DNA of 64,000 bases, taken from positions 2,560,001 through 2,624,000 of the forward strand of contig CAWIAD010000002.1 of the NCBI GenBank assembly GCA_963833985.1. The letters run 5' to 3'. The stretch comes from an uncultured Planctomycetaceae bacterium (lineage in GTDB: Bacteria > Planctomycetota > Planctomycetia > Isosphaerales > Isosphaeraceae). Shown here one piece after another: positions 52,303 to 61,348 of this stretch. Position 1 is the stretch's first letter; each line of letters opens with the position of its first letter. The position numbers were made by a program, and so were the translations under genes. Under the pieces are notes generated by a model, which was not told the origin of the DNA, searched no databases, and was given only the letters and a program-made list of their open reading frames with translations.

Positions 52303-55278
52303 TCAGAGCGGGACCAGAGTCGTGCCGGCCAGCCAGTCGTGCGGTCCGCGATGACGCCACCGTAGCCCGATCGCCAGGTAGACGGCCAGGAGCAGCACGG
52401 CCCCGAGCCACAGGGCATGTGCCAGGCCGGCATCCTCGGGGACGCCATGCTGTGGCAGGCTCGCGCCGGCCAGCAGGACGGTGGGCAGCATCCAGACCAG
52501 CAGGGCCCGGAGCCCGCAAGCCAGGCGGCTGGCCCGGCGTCCGTCCTTGCGTGCCAGGGCGATGCCGGCCACGGAAAAGCTCAGTCCGCCCCGCGTCAGG
52601 AACGCCCAGACGATCCAGCAGCCGGGAATGGCGGCAAGCAGCGTTAGATTGTTCGGGTACATCTCCGGCTCGAGCTCGAGCACGGGTCGGGAGAGGGCCA
52701 GCATTCCCGCCAGTCCCGGGAGCAGGAATAACCCCTGAATTCCCAGGTGGACCGCGCGGCGGACCAGGCTGATTTCGGCGGGGCGGACCGCCGCCGTGTC
52801 AAGCTCCACGCGCAGGCTCTGGAGCGAGCTGAACGGAGCGCGGGTCTCGGTCAACCGGTCGAGGATCCACCGCGCGTGCTCCGGAACCGCAGCCTGGATC
52901 CGCCGGCCGCTCACCGCCGAGCGCCGGGAGATCCGCCCTGACGCGGTGCCCGGCTCGGGTTGTTCCGAGGCAGCCGGCTGCACGCCGGGCTGGAGCTGCT
53001 GCTTCGCCGGGCGTCTTCCTGAACCCTCCAGTGCCAGACGGGCCACCTCGGCGATGAACTCCAGCAGTTCGTGGTCGCGGCTGCCGCGGGCGAACGAGCC
53101 GCCCGGCAGCTCCCGGGTGGATCCCCCGGCCGGGTCCGGCGCCGCGGGCCTGTCAGGTACCAGCAGCGACCCGGAGTCGGATGGATGGAAGATGTCTACG
53201 AGCTGCACGCCGCCATCCGGCTGGATCCAGACCTGGTCGAGCGACAGCCGGCGCGGCAGCGTGGCATCGTCGCGAGCGGCCTCGAGCTCGGCGGCGAGCT
53301 GGCGGAGCATGGGCAGCACGTCGCCCCAGCCCAGCCCCTCGCTGCCGGCAAGCTCGCCGAGCGGGATGCCCGAGGGCGAGGTGAACGCATCCCAGCGCCC
53401 GCCGGCATGCTCGCCCCCGCCGATCCAGCGCGGGCGGCCATGGCGGCTCAGGGACCGGCGTGCGGGCGACGGCGGCGCCGTCCCTTCCCGCAGCACGATC
53501 CAGACCGGCCGCTCGAGCGTCGAGTCGTGCCCGAGCACGATCTTCTGATCGGGCTGCCAGCGGATCGCCCCGCGCACCAGGTAGGGACCGATCCGGTCCA
53601 GGGCCGGCGGCGCGGTGCTCGTCGTGCTCGTTGCGAGGCGCGAGTCGCTCAGGGCACGCAGCCGCCGGCCAGGAAGGCGCCGCCGGAATCGTTGCGTCTG
53701 GACCACCCGGGTCCCGCTCAGCCACTCGTGAGGGCCTCGAAAGCCGTTCCGCTTGCGCATCGTGGAGACCAGGGCGACCAGCCCCAGCCCCTTGACGATG
53801 CGGCCCAGGGCCCAGAACCTGATGAACATGCCGGCACCTTGGTTGGCAGGCTCCAGCTCAGCCACGAGCAGCGCCGGCAGCTCCGTGAGAGCGACAAACA
53901 CGAGGGTGCGCAGCAACACCCGCCCCAGCCCCGCGGGCCCCCCGCGATCCGCGGCAGTCACGCGCAGGCCCAGCAGCCATTTGCCCGCCGAGGCGCCGGT
54001 GAGGCCTTCCAGGGCGGCGAAGTAGAAAAACCAGATGCCCTGCCGGATCCAGCCGATGACCGCGGCGTTGCGCTCCAGGAACCTCTGCGTCTCGAAGAAC
54101 TCGCCATGGTGGAAGAGTATGATGATGCCGGATAGGGCCGAGTTCACGAGGTACGCCAGGCCAAGATCGATGCAGAAGGCGCCCAGACGCAGGCCGATCC
54201 CGGCCATCGACGACCCTCTGGGAACGAAGGGCAGCAGTGCGTCGTGGAGCTCTTGCAGGCTGCGCCAGCGACGGGCCGGATCGCGCTCCAGGCCGCGGTG
54301 AATGACGGCTTCCAGGGCTCGGGAGATGTCCGGGCGATGGCCGCGCAGGGGCGGCGCGGGCTCCGAGACGATCCGCGCCAGCGCCTCGGCCGCGTCCTTT
54401 GCCTGCACGGGGGGCCTGCCGGCCAGCAGGTAATAGAGCGTTGCCGCCACCGAGTACACATCGGTCCGCTCGTCCAGCTCGTCCCGCTTGATCTGCTCGG
54501 GCGATGCGTACAGCGGCGTGCCGACGAAGCTTCCCGTCCGGGTCAGGTCGGCTCCCCCTTCCAGCGACTTCGAGAGGCCGAAGTCGCCGATCTTCACCCG
54601 TCCCTGCTCGTCCAGGAAACAGTTCGAGGGCTTGACGTCGCGGTGGATCAAGCCGCGATTGTGGAACTGCTGAAGGCCCTCGATCACATCGAAGATCTTC
54701 AGGATGGCGGTCGCGGGATCGAGCGTGCCGGTCGTCTCCACCATGGTCTGGAGCGTCGTTCCGGGCATGAACTCCATGACGATGTACGGAGCACCCTGGA
54801 ACTCGTCGACGGCCAGCACGAAGACGCATCGGGGATGGGTGACCGCGCTGGCGAGCCGGCCCTCCTGGCGAAACCGCTCGACGGCCTCGCGCGAACCGAT
54901 CTGGTCTCGTTTGATCAGCTTCAAGGCCACCCGCTGGGCCTGCGTCTCGTCCTCGGCCTCGAACACGGTTCCCATGCCGCCGGCGCCCAGCTTGCGCACC
55001 AGCCGGTAACCGGCGATCTGCTCGGGGAATTCCTCATCGCCGGAGCTGCGGCCCTCCCGCTGACCGGGCCGGTATTCGGCCGTCTGAGAAAGCGTCGAGG
55101 GCTCGACCGGCTGTGTCGCGCCCGGGTCGACCCCCGACCCGGTGCCCCCGTCGGGCAAAGCCAGGGTCCGCACGGGCCGTTCGGCAACGGCCAGAGAGGA
55201 ACCGCAGTAGGCACAGAACGACGGCCGATCGCCCGAGTATTCCAGGACGCGCCGGCATCGTGGACAATCGATCTGCAT
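52303..55278 (-). CDS. Ser/Thr protein kinase with zinc ribbon and RDD membrane domains
   Basis: CPRC..CAYC, LGAGGMGTV, VALK, HRDVKPSN, DFG, GTPLYASPE; RDD motifs RLGAFCID, GKWLLGLRV and HEWLSGT. Confidence 0.92.
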   Translation of the reverse strand: MQIDCPRCRRVLEYSGDRPSFCAYCGSSLAVAERPVRTLALPDGGTGSGVDPGATQPVEPSTLSQTAEYRPGQREGRSSGDEEFPEQIAGYRLVRKLGAGGMGTVFEAEDETQAQRVALKLIKRDQIGSREAVERFRQEGRLASAVTHPRCVFVLAVDEFQGAPYIVMEFMPGTTLQTMVETTGTLDPATAILKIFDVIEGLQQFHNRGLIHRDVKPSNCFLDEQGRVKIGDFGLSKSLEGGADLTRTGSFVGTPLYASPEQIKRDELDERTDVYSVAATLYYLLAGRPPVQAKDAAEALARIVSEPAPPLRGHRPDISRALEAVIHRGLERDPARRWRSLQELHDALLPFVPRGSSMAGIGLRLGAFCIDLGLAYLVNSALSGIIILFHHGEFFETQRFLERNAAVIGWIRQGIWFFYFAALEGLTGASAGKWLLGLRVTAADRGGPAGLGRVLLRTLVFVALTELPALLVAELEPANQGAGMFIRFWALGRIVKGLGLVALVSTMRKRNGFRGPHEWLSGTRVVQTQRFRRRLPGRRLRALSDSRLATSTTSTAPPALDRIGPYLVRGAIRWQPDQKIVLGHDSTLERPVWIVLREGTAPPSPARRSLSRHGRPRWIGGGEHAGGRWDAFTSPSGIPLGELAGSEGLGWGDVLPMLRQLAAELEAARDDATLPRRLSLDQVWIQPDGGVQLVDIFHPSDSGSLLVPDRPAAPDPAGGSTRELPGGSFARGSRDHELLEFIAEVARLALEGSGRRPAKQQLQPGVQPAASEQPEPGTASGRISRRSAVSGRRIQAAVPEHARWILDRLTETRAPFSSLQSLRVELDTAAVRPAEISLVRRAVHLGIQGLFLLPGLAGMLALSRPVLELEPEMYPNNLTLLAAIPGCWIVWAFLTRGGLSFSVAGIALARKDGRRASRLACGLRALLVWMLPTVLLAGASLPQHGVPEDAGLAHALWLGAVLLLAVYLAIGLRWRHRGPHDWLAGTTLVPL

Positions 55279-55458
55279 CAAGGCTTCCTGGATCGGTTCT
55301 CTGGGCCGGAGATGCGACGTCCGCAACGCGGCCAGACGGAGTCGCTGCGGTCCTGCCGCCTCGGCCGGTTCACCGGGCTCCGTCGATGGCGCGCTGAAAA
55401 ACGCAACTGCCTATCGTTGCGGTGGGCCGCGGAGGCGTCAAGCAAATCGCAAGGTTTG

Positions 55459-55701
55459 TCATCGCGATGGGTCCGGCGGCCCGGGCCGCCTGCTGAGCAA
55501 GCCGGACCCGGCCGAGGGCGGCCGGCTGAAGATCAGCCGGACCTGTTTTCTGGCCAGCACAAGGTACATCAGCGCCATGCAGATCGCAGAGGCGGTGCCG
55601 GTCCTCAGCCGGGCGATCTCCAGGGCCAGCTCGAACGCAAGGGCGAAGACCGCGACCCAGAGCATGATCTTGCCAATGGATACCTGGTGACCCCGGATCA
55701 T
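55459..55701 (-). CDS. Small hypothetical membrane protein
   Basis: QVSIGKIMLWVAVFA N-terminus and two hydrophobic helices; co-oriented with its neighbours. Confidence 0.45.
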   Translation of the reverse strand: MIRGHQVSIGKIMLWVAVFALAFELALEIARLRTGTASAICMALMYLVLARKQVRLIFSRPPSAGSGLLSRRPGPPDPSR

Positions 55702-55717
55702 GCCGGTGCGCCATCCT

Positions 55718-56572
55718 TCAGGGTAAGGCGGCCTCCTGGTGCTTCCAGCTTGCCGCTTCCTCGCCGTCGATCCGCAGGGTCAGGCACTTGGCGCTGCCGC
55801 CGGACTTGATGAACTCGGAGAACTCCAGCGGGCAGACGCCGAACCCGAGGCTCTCCAGCGCCCGCGCCAGCTTGGGGGCGCCTCGATTGAGGATGACCGT
55901 GCGGCCGACGACCACCGCGTTGCAACTGAAGCTCACCGCCTCCTCGGCTGAGACCTCGATGAGCGGGTCGATGCGGTCCCTGAGCACCGAGCGGCCGTAC
56001 TCGTCGAAGGCGCCCGGATAGTACATCGCCGCCCCGGGCGCGATCGGGCAGAAGCAGGTATCCAGGTGGTAGAAGCGAGGGTCCACCAGCTCCATGGGCA
56101 GGACCGGAACGCCCAGCCGCTCGGCAACCCACTGGTGGCTCTTGACGTTGCTGCGGAAGCGGTAGCCGGCGAAGAGCGTGTCGCCGCAGAACAGCGCGTC
56201 CCCGGCACCCTCGAAGTTCATGCCCTCGGGCAGAGGCGTGATTGTGAATCCCTGCTCCCGCGCCCACCGCACGTAATGCAGGCTTTCTCCCTGCCGCACC
56301 CCGAAGCGAAAGTTCGCGGGCAGGAAGAGGTCGCGGAAGACCAGCCCGGCGTTGGCCGTGAACACCAGGTCCGGCAGCCCCGATACCGGCTCCAGCAGGT
56401 CCACCGTCACGCCCAGGTTGCGAAGTGTCCCATGCAGATCCTCCCACTGCGTGCGCGCCAGCACGGGGTCGCTGCCCTGCTGGAGGCTCATCCAGGGGTT
56501 GATCTCGTATTCGATGCCGAAATAATCAGGCGGACACATCAAGATGCGCGGCGATGTGGATGAAGCCGTCAC
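55718..56572 (-). CDS. Amidinotransferase/DDAH superfamily (arginine dihydrolase-like)
   Basis: ILMCPPDYF..YEINPWM, PDLVFTAN, FEGAGD, FYHLDTCF and GGSAKCLTL. Confidence 0.9.
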   Translation of the reverse strand: MTASSTSPRILMCPPDYFGIEYEINPWMSLQQGSDPVLARTQWEDLHGTLRNLGVTVDLLEPVSGLPDLVFTANAGLVFRDLFLPANFRFGVRQGESLHYVRWAREQGFTITPLPEGMNFEGAGDALFCGDTLFAGYRFRSNVKSHQWVAERLGVPVLPMELVDPRFYHLDTCFCPIAPGAAMYYPGAFDEYGRSVLRDRIDPLIEVSAEEAVSFSCNAVVVGRTVILNRGAPKLARALESLGFGVCPLEFSEFIKSGGSAKCLTLRIDGEEAASWKHQEAALP

Positions 56573-56589
56573 GGCGGTGCATCCCTCCG

Positions 56590-57891
56590 CTAGGACACGT
56601 CGCCGGCCGTTGTCGACCCCAGCTCCACGGCCAGGGATCGCACGAACGGCTCGACGTCGGTGACCAGCCCGATGGTCTGGAAGGTTCCCCGGTCGGTCAG
56701 CTTGGTCACCGTGGCCGGGTTGATGTCCACGCACACCACCTTCACCCAGGCGGGCAGCAGGTTGCCCGTGGCGATGGAGTGCAGGGCAGTGGCGATCAGG
56801 AGCGCGAAGCCGACGTCGCGGATGGCCTGCCGCATCCGGTCCTGTGCCGCGAGCGTGTCGCTGATCACCTCCGGCAGCGGCCCGTCGTCGCGGATCGAGC
56901 CGGCCAGGACCAGCTCGACGTTGTGCTTGATGCATTCGTACATGATGCCGGATGTCAGCAGGCCGGTCTCCACGGCACGTGCCATGCCGCCAGCCCGGCG
57001 GATGGCGTTGATGGCGCGGAGGTGGTGCTCGTGGCCGTGCTCGATGGGCTCGCCGCGCTCGATCGAGACACCCAGGCTCGTGCCATAGAGGGCCTGCTCG
57101 ACATCGTGCGTGGCCAGCGCATTGCCGGCGAAGAGCGTCTGGATCCAGCCCTCGCGGATGAGCCGGGCGACGTGGGGCACCGAGCCGGTGTGGACGATGG
57201 CCGGTCCGCCCACCAGCAGCACCTTCTTGCCGGCGGCCCTGGTGGCCCGGATCGCCCCGGCCACGCTCTTCAGACTGACCGACTTGGGCTTCTCGCTGGA
57301 AACCGTGGAGCTCATGAAGCCGAAGAGGGTGGACTCGCGCGGCCGCTCGACGGGCAGCACCCTCACGCCGGCATGGCCGACGACGATCGGCAGGCCGGGA
57401 CCGACGTGGATCATCGGCACGCACCGGGCCGTGCCGGCATTCACGTCCAGCGCGATGCCGCAGTCCATTTCCTGATCCTGAACGTCGACCCAGCGGCTCC
57501 TCAGCCGCACCTGGGTGTGCTGGTTGGTCGTGCTGTAAAAGCCGTCCGGGAAGGCACCCGCGATGTCGGCCGGCACCGCGCGGGCGTCCTCCGCGTGCAC
57601 CGGCGAGGCGCCATGCTCCACCAGGTCGCCGATGATCGCGTCAATTTCCTCCGGGCTGCCGGCACGGATGCCGATCCGGGCGTAGCTCGGGTCCGACCGG
57701 CGTACGCCGATCCGGCACTCCTGGATCTCGAAACTCCCCCCCATCTGCAAGATCCGATCCAGGATCTTCGGCAGGAGCAGCGAATCCACGATGTGGCCGC
57801 GGACCTCAATCTCATCCACCGCTGCGGATGCCGGTGCAGGGTGGGCAAAGCTCGGGCCGCTCGAGGCGGACCCTGGGCCTGGAAGTGTCAT
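56590..57891 (-). CDS. TIGR00300/LOR-SDH-domain protein (ornithine cyclodeaminase-like)
   Basis: GHIVDS, FYSTTN, EMDC, FMSSTVSSE, GNALATHD, AGSIRDDGPLP, LHSIATGN and TKLTDRG. Confidence 0.88.
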   Translation of the reverse strand: MTLPGPGSASSGPSFAHPAPASAAVDEIEVRGHIVDSLLLPKILDRILQMGGSFEIQECRIGVRRSDPSYARIGIRAGSPEEIDAIIGDLVEHGASPVHAEDARAVPADIAGAFPDGFYSTTNQHTQVRLRSRWVDVQDQEMDCGIALDVNAGTARCVPMIHVGPGLPIVVGHAGVRVLPVERPRESTLFGFMSSTVSSEKPKSVSLKSVAGAIRATRAAGKKVLLVGGPAIVHTGSVPHVARLIREGWIQTLFAGNALATHDVEQALYGTSLGVSIERGEPIEHGHEHHLRAINAIRRAGGMARAVETGLLTSGIMYECIKHNVELVLAGSIRDDGPLPEVISDTLAAQDRMRQAIRDVGFALLIATALHSIATGNLLPAWVKVVCVDINPATVTKLTDRGTFQTIGLVTDVEPFVRSLAVELGSTTAGDVS

Positions 57892-57996
57892 TGGCGGCTG
57901 TCCTCTGGTCATCCCGAATGACTGCCAACCGCCAGTCTGTGTGTGAACTGCCCTGATTGCAAGGGCATCTGCGGGGTCACCCTGTATCGGGCCCGC

Positions 57997-58689
57997 TCAT
58001 GCAGCCACGCACTTGCGTGGGCGCTTCCGCATCCAGCCCAGCCTGGCCACTGCTCCAATTGCGCACAGGAGCACGCTGGGCGGCTCGGGAACGGCGGCCG
58101 ACGACACGATGTCCAGTGCCCAGTTGCCGGTGCGCTGTATGCCGGAGGCGTCCCAGAAATAGCCGCTGGCTCCCGCCGGAGTGTTCGGAAACGACAGGGT
58201 GAAATTCGGGTTAGCCGCCTCGGAAAAGCCGTCGGCCAGAGTGCCGCTGGTGCTGCCGGTCGAAAGGTACTCTAAATAAGCATTTGCATAATTGTCGTAC
58301 TGCGTCAGAGCTACCGTGTAGGTCCCCGGGGCCAGCGCGTGTTCGGACAGCAGCGCGTCCCAGTTGCCGTTGTTGTAGTTGATGTCGTCGTTGAAGTCGA
58401 GATACCCTCCACCGGGGCCGAAGAGGGTGAGCAGGGTGTCAAACCCGCCGGCAGGAATGACCTGGCCTGCGTAGTTGGTTCCTCCCAGGAACGACCAGGT
58501 GCGGAGGGTAACGTCCGACGCCGCGCTGAGGGTGAACGTCTCGATCTGGACCTGGTTGTCCAGATTGAACGTCCCGGTGTAGGACACGCCGCCGGCGCGA
58601 CTGCCGCCAGGCCAGGCCAGCACGCCGCAGAGGACAACCGCGGACGCCAGCATCACGGGCGCCGGCACGCGAAAACCATGAGGATCCAT
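57997..58689 (-). CDS. PEP-CTERM sorting domain protein
   Basis: Signal peptide, GGFDTLLTLF, and C-terminal VPEPPS plus TM plus RKR. Confidence 0.88.
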   Translation of the reverse strand: MDPHGFRVPAPVMLASAVVLCGVLAWPGGSRAGGVSYTGTFNLDNQVQIETFTLSAASDVTLRTWSFLGGTNYAGQVIPAGGFDTLLTLFGPGGGYLDFNDDINYNNGNWDALLSEHALAPGTYTVALTQYDNYANAYLEYLSTGSTSGTLADGFSEAANPNFTLSFPNTPAGASGYFWDASGIQRTGNWALDIVSSAAVPEPPSVLLCAIGAVARLGWMRKRPRKCVAA

Positions 58690-59159
58690 TGATGTGTTCT
58701 CCTGAACCATTCCGATCGGATTCAGTCCGGACAGATAAACGAAAACCGCCATGTCGCCCGCGAGACCGTCGAATCTGCTGACCCAAATATCCGGGCTCAC
58801 TTCCGTATCAGGGTCTCCACGCCAAAGGTGGTCGCAAAGGTCGGCAAGAAGCTCGACTTAGAGGCGCCCGGAGTGCGCGGCATCGGCTTAAGAATACAAA
58901 AGGCGGGATCATCCCTTGAAGTCAGACTTCGTTACCAGCGGTCCGCCGAATCAAAGAGAAGAACATGCATGGACCACTTGTGGCAAGAGCCGTTCCACAA
59001 TTCTCGGGAAAACTTCAAAATCATCGCTCTCTACCAGCGCAAGGCAGGGCGCCATGGCCCATGAATGCATCAAATTGTTGCAAAAAAGATTCATGCGAGC
59101 AGACGGCGAGTGATCCAGCGCCCCGGGAACCGGTCCGCTCCGGGGGTTACAGGTCGATC

Positions 59160-60097
59160 TCAGCGCGACGGAGTGGCCGGGCCTTGCAGCGTGGCGGAAG
59201 CCGGTCCTGGTTCGTACTTCAGCTCGCCGGCCGTCACGGGCAGGCTCAGGCGGTTCTGCGGCGGAGCGAGCGGGCAGGTGGAGAACGGGATGTACGCGCA
59301 GGGCAGGTTCGTCGCCTTGTTGAAGTCCAGGATGAGGGTGTCCCCCACGGGCGCCGGAACCACGAGCTGGCGGGCTCCCCCGTGGGTCGTGCGGCCGCTC
59401 GTGCCGTCTCGAAAGACGAACCAGAAGGACCCGTCCGCCTCGCGTGCGGCCTGGAGCTTGTACGTCTTTCCTCCACGCTCGAAGACGGCGTGGCCCGGGC
59501 TGTCGCTCACCTCCGCTTCGCCGACCACCGTCTCGAAGGTCAGCTTCGTCTGCTCGGCCGCGGGGACAAACCGCGCGGTGATCCTCCAGCTCTCGTCGAT
59601 CGGATACCAGCGCAGGCCCGCGAACGTCCGCCGCGCCGGGCTCCGGTTGTCTTTCACCCGCAGGGCGTGCCGGTTGCCTCGCTTCAACAGGATGAGCCGT
59701 ACCTGAGCAATGGCCAGCACGTCGGCCTTGCCATCCGCGTCCGAGCGCATTTCCGTCTCGGTGACCGGCAGGCCGTTCCGGGTAACCGGGACGCCGGCCC
59801 CGGCGCAAAGAGCCCGCGGCCGTCCCGCAAGATGAGACTCCCCGCGACACCAGGCGATCCCTCGGGCAGCATGATGTCGCAGGTTGGATCGCTGCCCAGC
59901 GTCGTCTCGCCCTCGTGCAGCCAGTGCAACCCCACGACGCTCAGCCAGCCGTCCTCGGCCTTGAGCGCTTCCTGCCTTTGCTGGCGGAACCGCGCCATGT
60001 CTTGCCGGTACGCATCGTCTCCCCGCACGGCCGGCAGCAAGCCGCACCCTGCCAGTGCCGCCAGACACCCCCCGATCATCCAATGACGAATCAACAC
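59160..60097 (-). CDS. DUF1684 domain protein; apparent indel near 59800
   Basis: GWLSVVGLHWL, FRDGTSG..T.GGAR and DFNKATNLPCAY..FSTCPLAPPQN in two frames. Confidence 0.85.
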
Positions 60098-60231
60098 GTA
60101 AAGGCCCTCATGCTCGTGGACGGTGGATCGCGGATGGGAGGGTCACGGGTGCCATTGCTTATGCTTATACCAGAAACCAGGGCCGCGCCGCACGAGCAGC
60201 GCGGCAGCCGCCGGCCCGGCCCGTTGCAAGT

Positions 60232-61251
60232 TCAGGGCGCCACATGAAGGGTTGCGGTCAGGTCCAGCGGGGGTTCACCGGCGAGGTCGGTGTGCACGCG
60301 GAAGAGATGCCTCAGGTCGCCGCGGGTGCTTCCCTCCTCCGGTTTGTACACCACCGTCAGGATGTGCGTCGTCTTCTTCGCGGGATCCGCGGGCTGCACC
60401 GCGAAGCCGTCCCCGCTTCCTTCCACGGCCCTGATGGTGAACGGATGCGCGCCGCGGATCAGGAACCGGCCCTGCTTGCCGGCCGCCGAGGTCACCTCGC
60501 CCATCGCCAGAATCGAAGGTGCCGCGCTCAGCTCACCGCGCACGTAAGCCGTCACCAGGATCGGGATGCTCGGGGCCTCCCGATCGTTGCTCAGCAGCCG
60601 GATCTCGTCGCGCAGTGGGCCGGCTGGCGCATCCGGCTTGATACCCACGGTGAGCGCATAGCTCACGTTTCCCTTGGGGTCGCGGCGTGACTCGACCAGC
60701 TGTGCCGAAAGTGCGCGGCTGGCCGAGACCATGCGCTCGAACCGCCATCCCGGCGCACCGATGCGGTCGATCGACAGCACCTGGCTGGGCGTCTGGCCCC
60801 GTGCGACGGTGCCGAAGTCGACCGAGCCGGGGTTCAGGACGATGTCGGCAAGAATGTTCGAGGTGACGCCCAGGCGCACCTCCGCCTCGCGTCCGCCGGC
60901 CGTCACCAGGGTCACGAACAGGACGGTGGCCTTGATGCCCAGGAAGTTGCGCGTGTCCATCTGTGCCTGGATGACCGCGCTGCCGCCAGGCGCCAGCACC
61001 GAGGTGCTCGCCTTGCCGCTGGTGCAGCCGCACGAGGGCCGGAGATTGAGGATCGTCACCGGTTCCGCCAGCCGGTTCGTCATCACGAAGTCGTGCTTGA
61101 CAATCGCCCCGCGTGGCACCGGGCCGAAATCGAACGCACGCTCGCCGAAGAGCGAGTCGGCCCAGCCCGCCGCCTGGACCGGTGCGAGGGCCGGCCCCAG
61201 AACGAAGCATGGAACCACCAAGGCCACGCACAGAAGCCCGCGTCGAGTCAT
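60232..61251 (-). CDS. DUF1573 domain protein (Ig-like, secreted)
   Basis: Signal peptide, FDFGPV, PSCGCT and a second DFGTV repeat. Confidence 0.85.
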   Translation of the reverse strand: MTRRGLLCVALVVPCFVLGPALAPVQAAGWADSLFGERAFDFGPVPRGAIVKHDFVMTNRLAEPVTILNLRPSCGCTSGKASTSVLAPGGSAVIQAQMDTRNFLGIKATVLFVTLVTAGGREAEVRLGVTSNILADIVLNPGSVDFGTVARGQTPSQVLSIDRIGAPGWRFERMVSASRALSAQLVESRRDPKGNVSYALTVGIKPDAPAGPLRDEIRLLSNDREAPSIPILVTAYVRGELSAAPSILAMGEVTSAAGKQGRFLIRGAHPFTIRAVEGSGDGFAVQPADPAKKTTHILTVVYKPEEGSTRGDLRHLFRVHTDLAGEPPLDLTATLHVAP

Positions 61252-61348
61252 CTTCGCCTCCTGCGATCCGCCTATGATCCTCCCAGCGCTCGATGCAACC
61301 TGAGCGCGTCTCCTCTGGTTTTCCTATCGGAAGGATCAGCCGGAGCGC

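Noticed and set aside
437..60097. About a dozen frameshifts (dsbD, prmC, phosphodiesterase, dehydrogenase, GT-C genes, leuC, DUF1559, histidine kinase, spermidine synthase fusion, DUF1684) as pseudogenes or programmed recoding
   Set aside because: They are scattered single-base indels in GC-rich or homopolymer contexts, including housekeeping genes, with intact coding on both sides. Long-read consensus error is the simplest explanation. Only prfB has a recognised shift motif.
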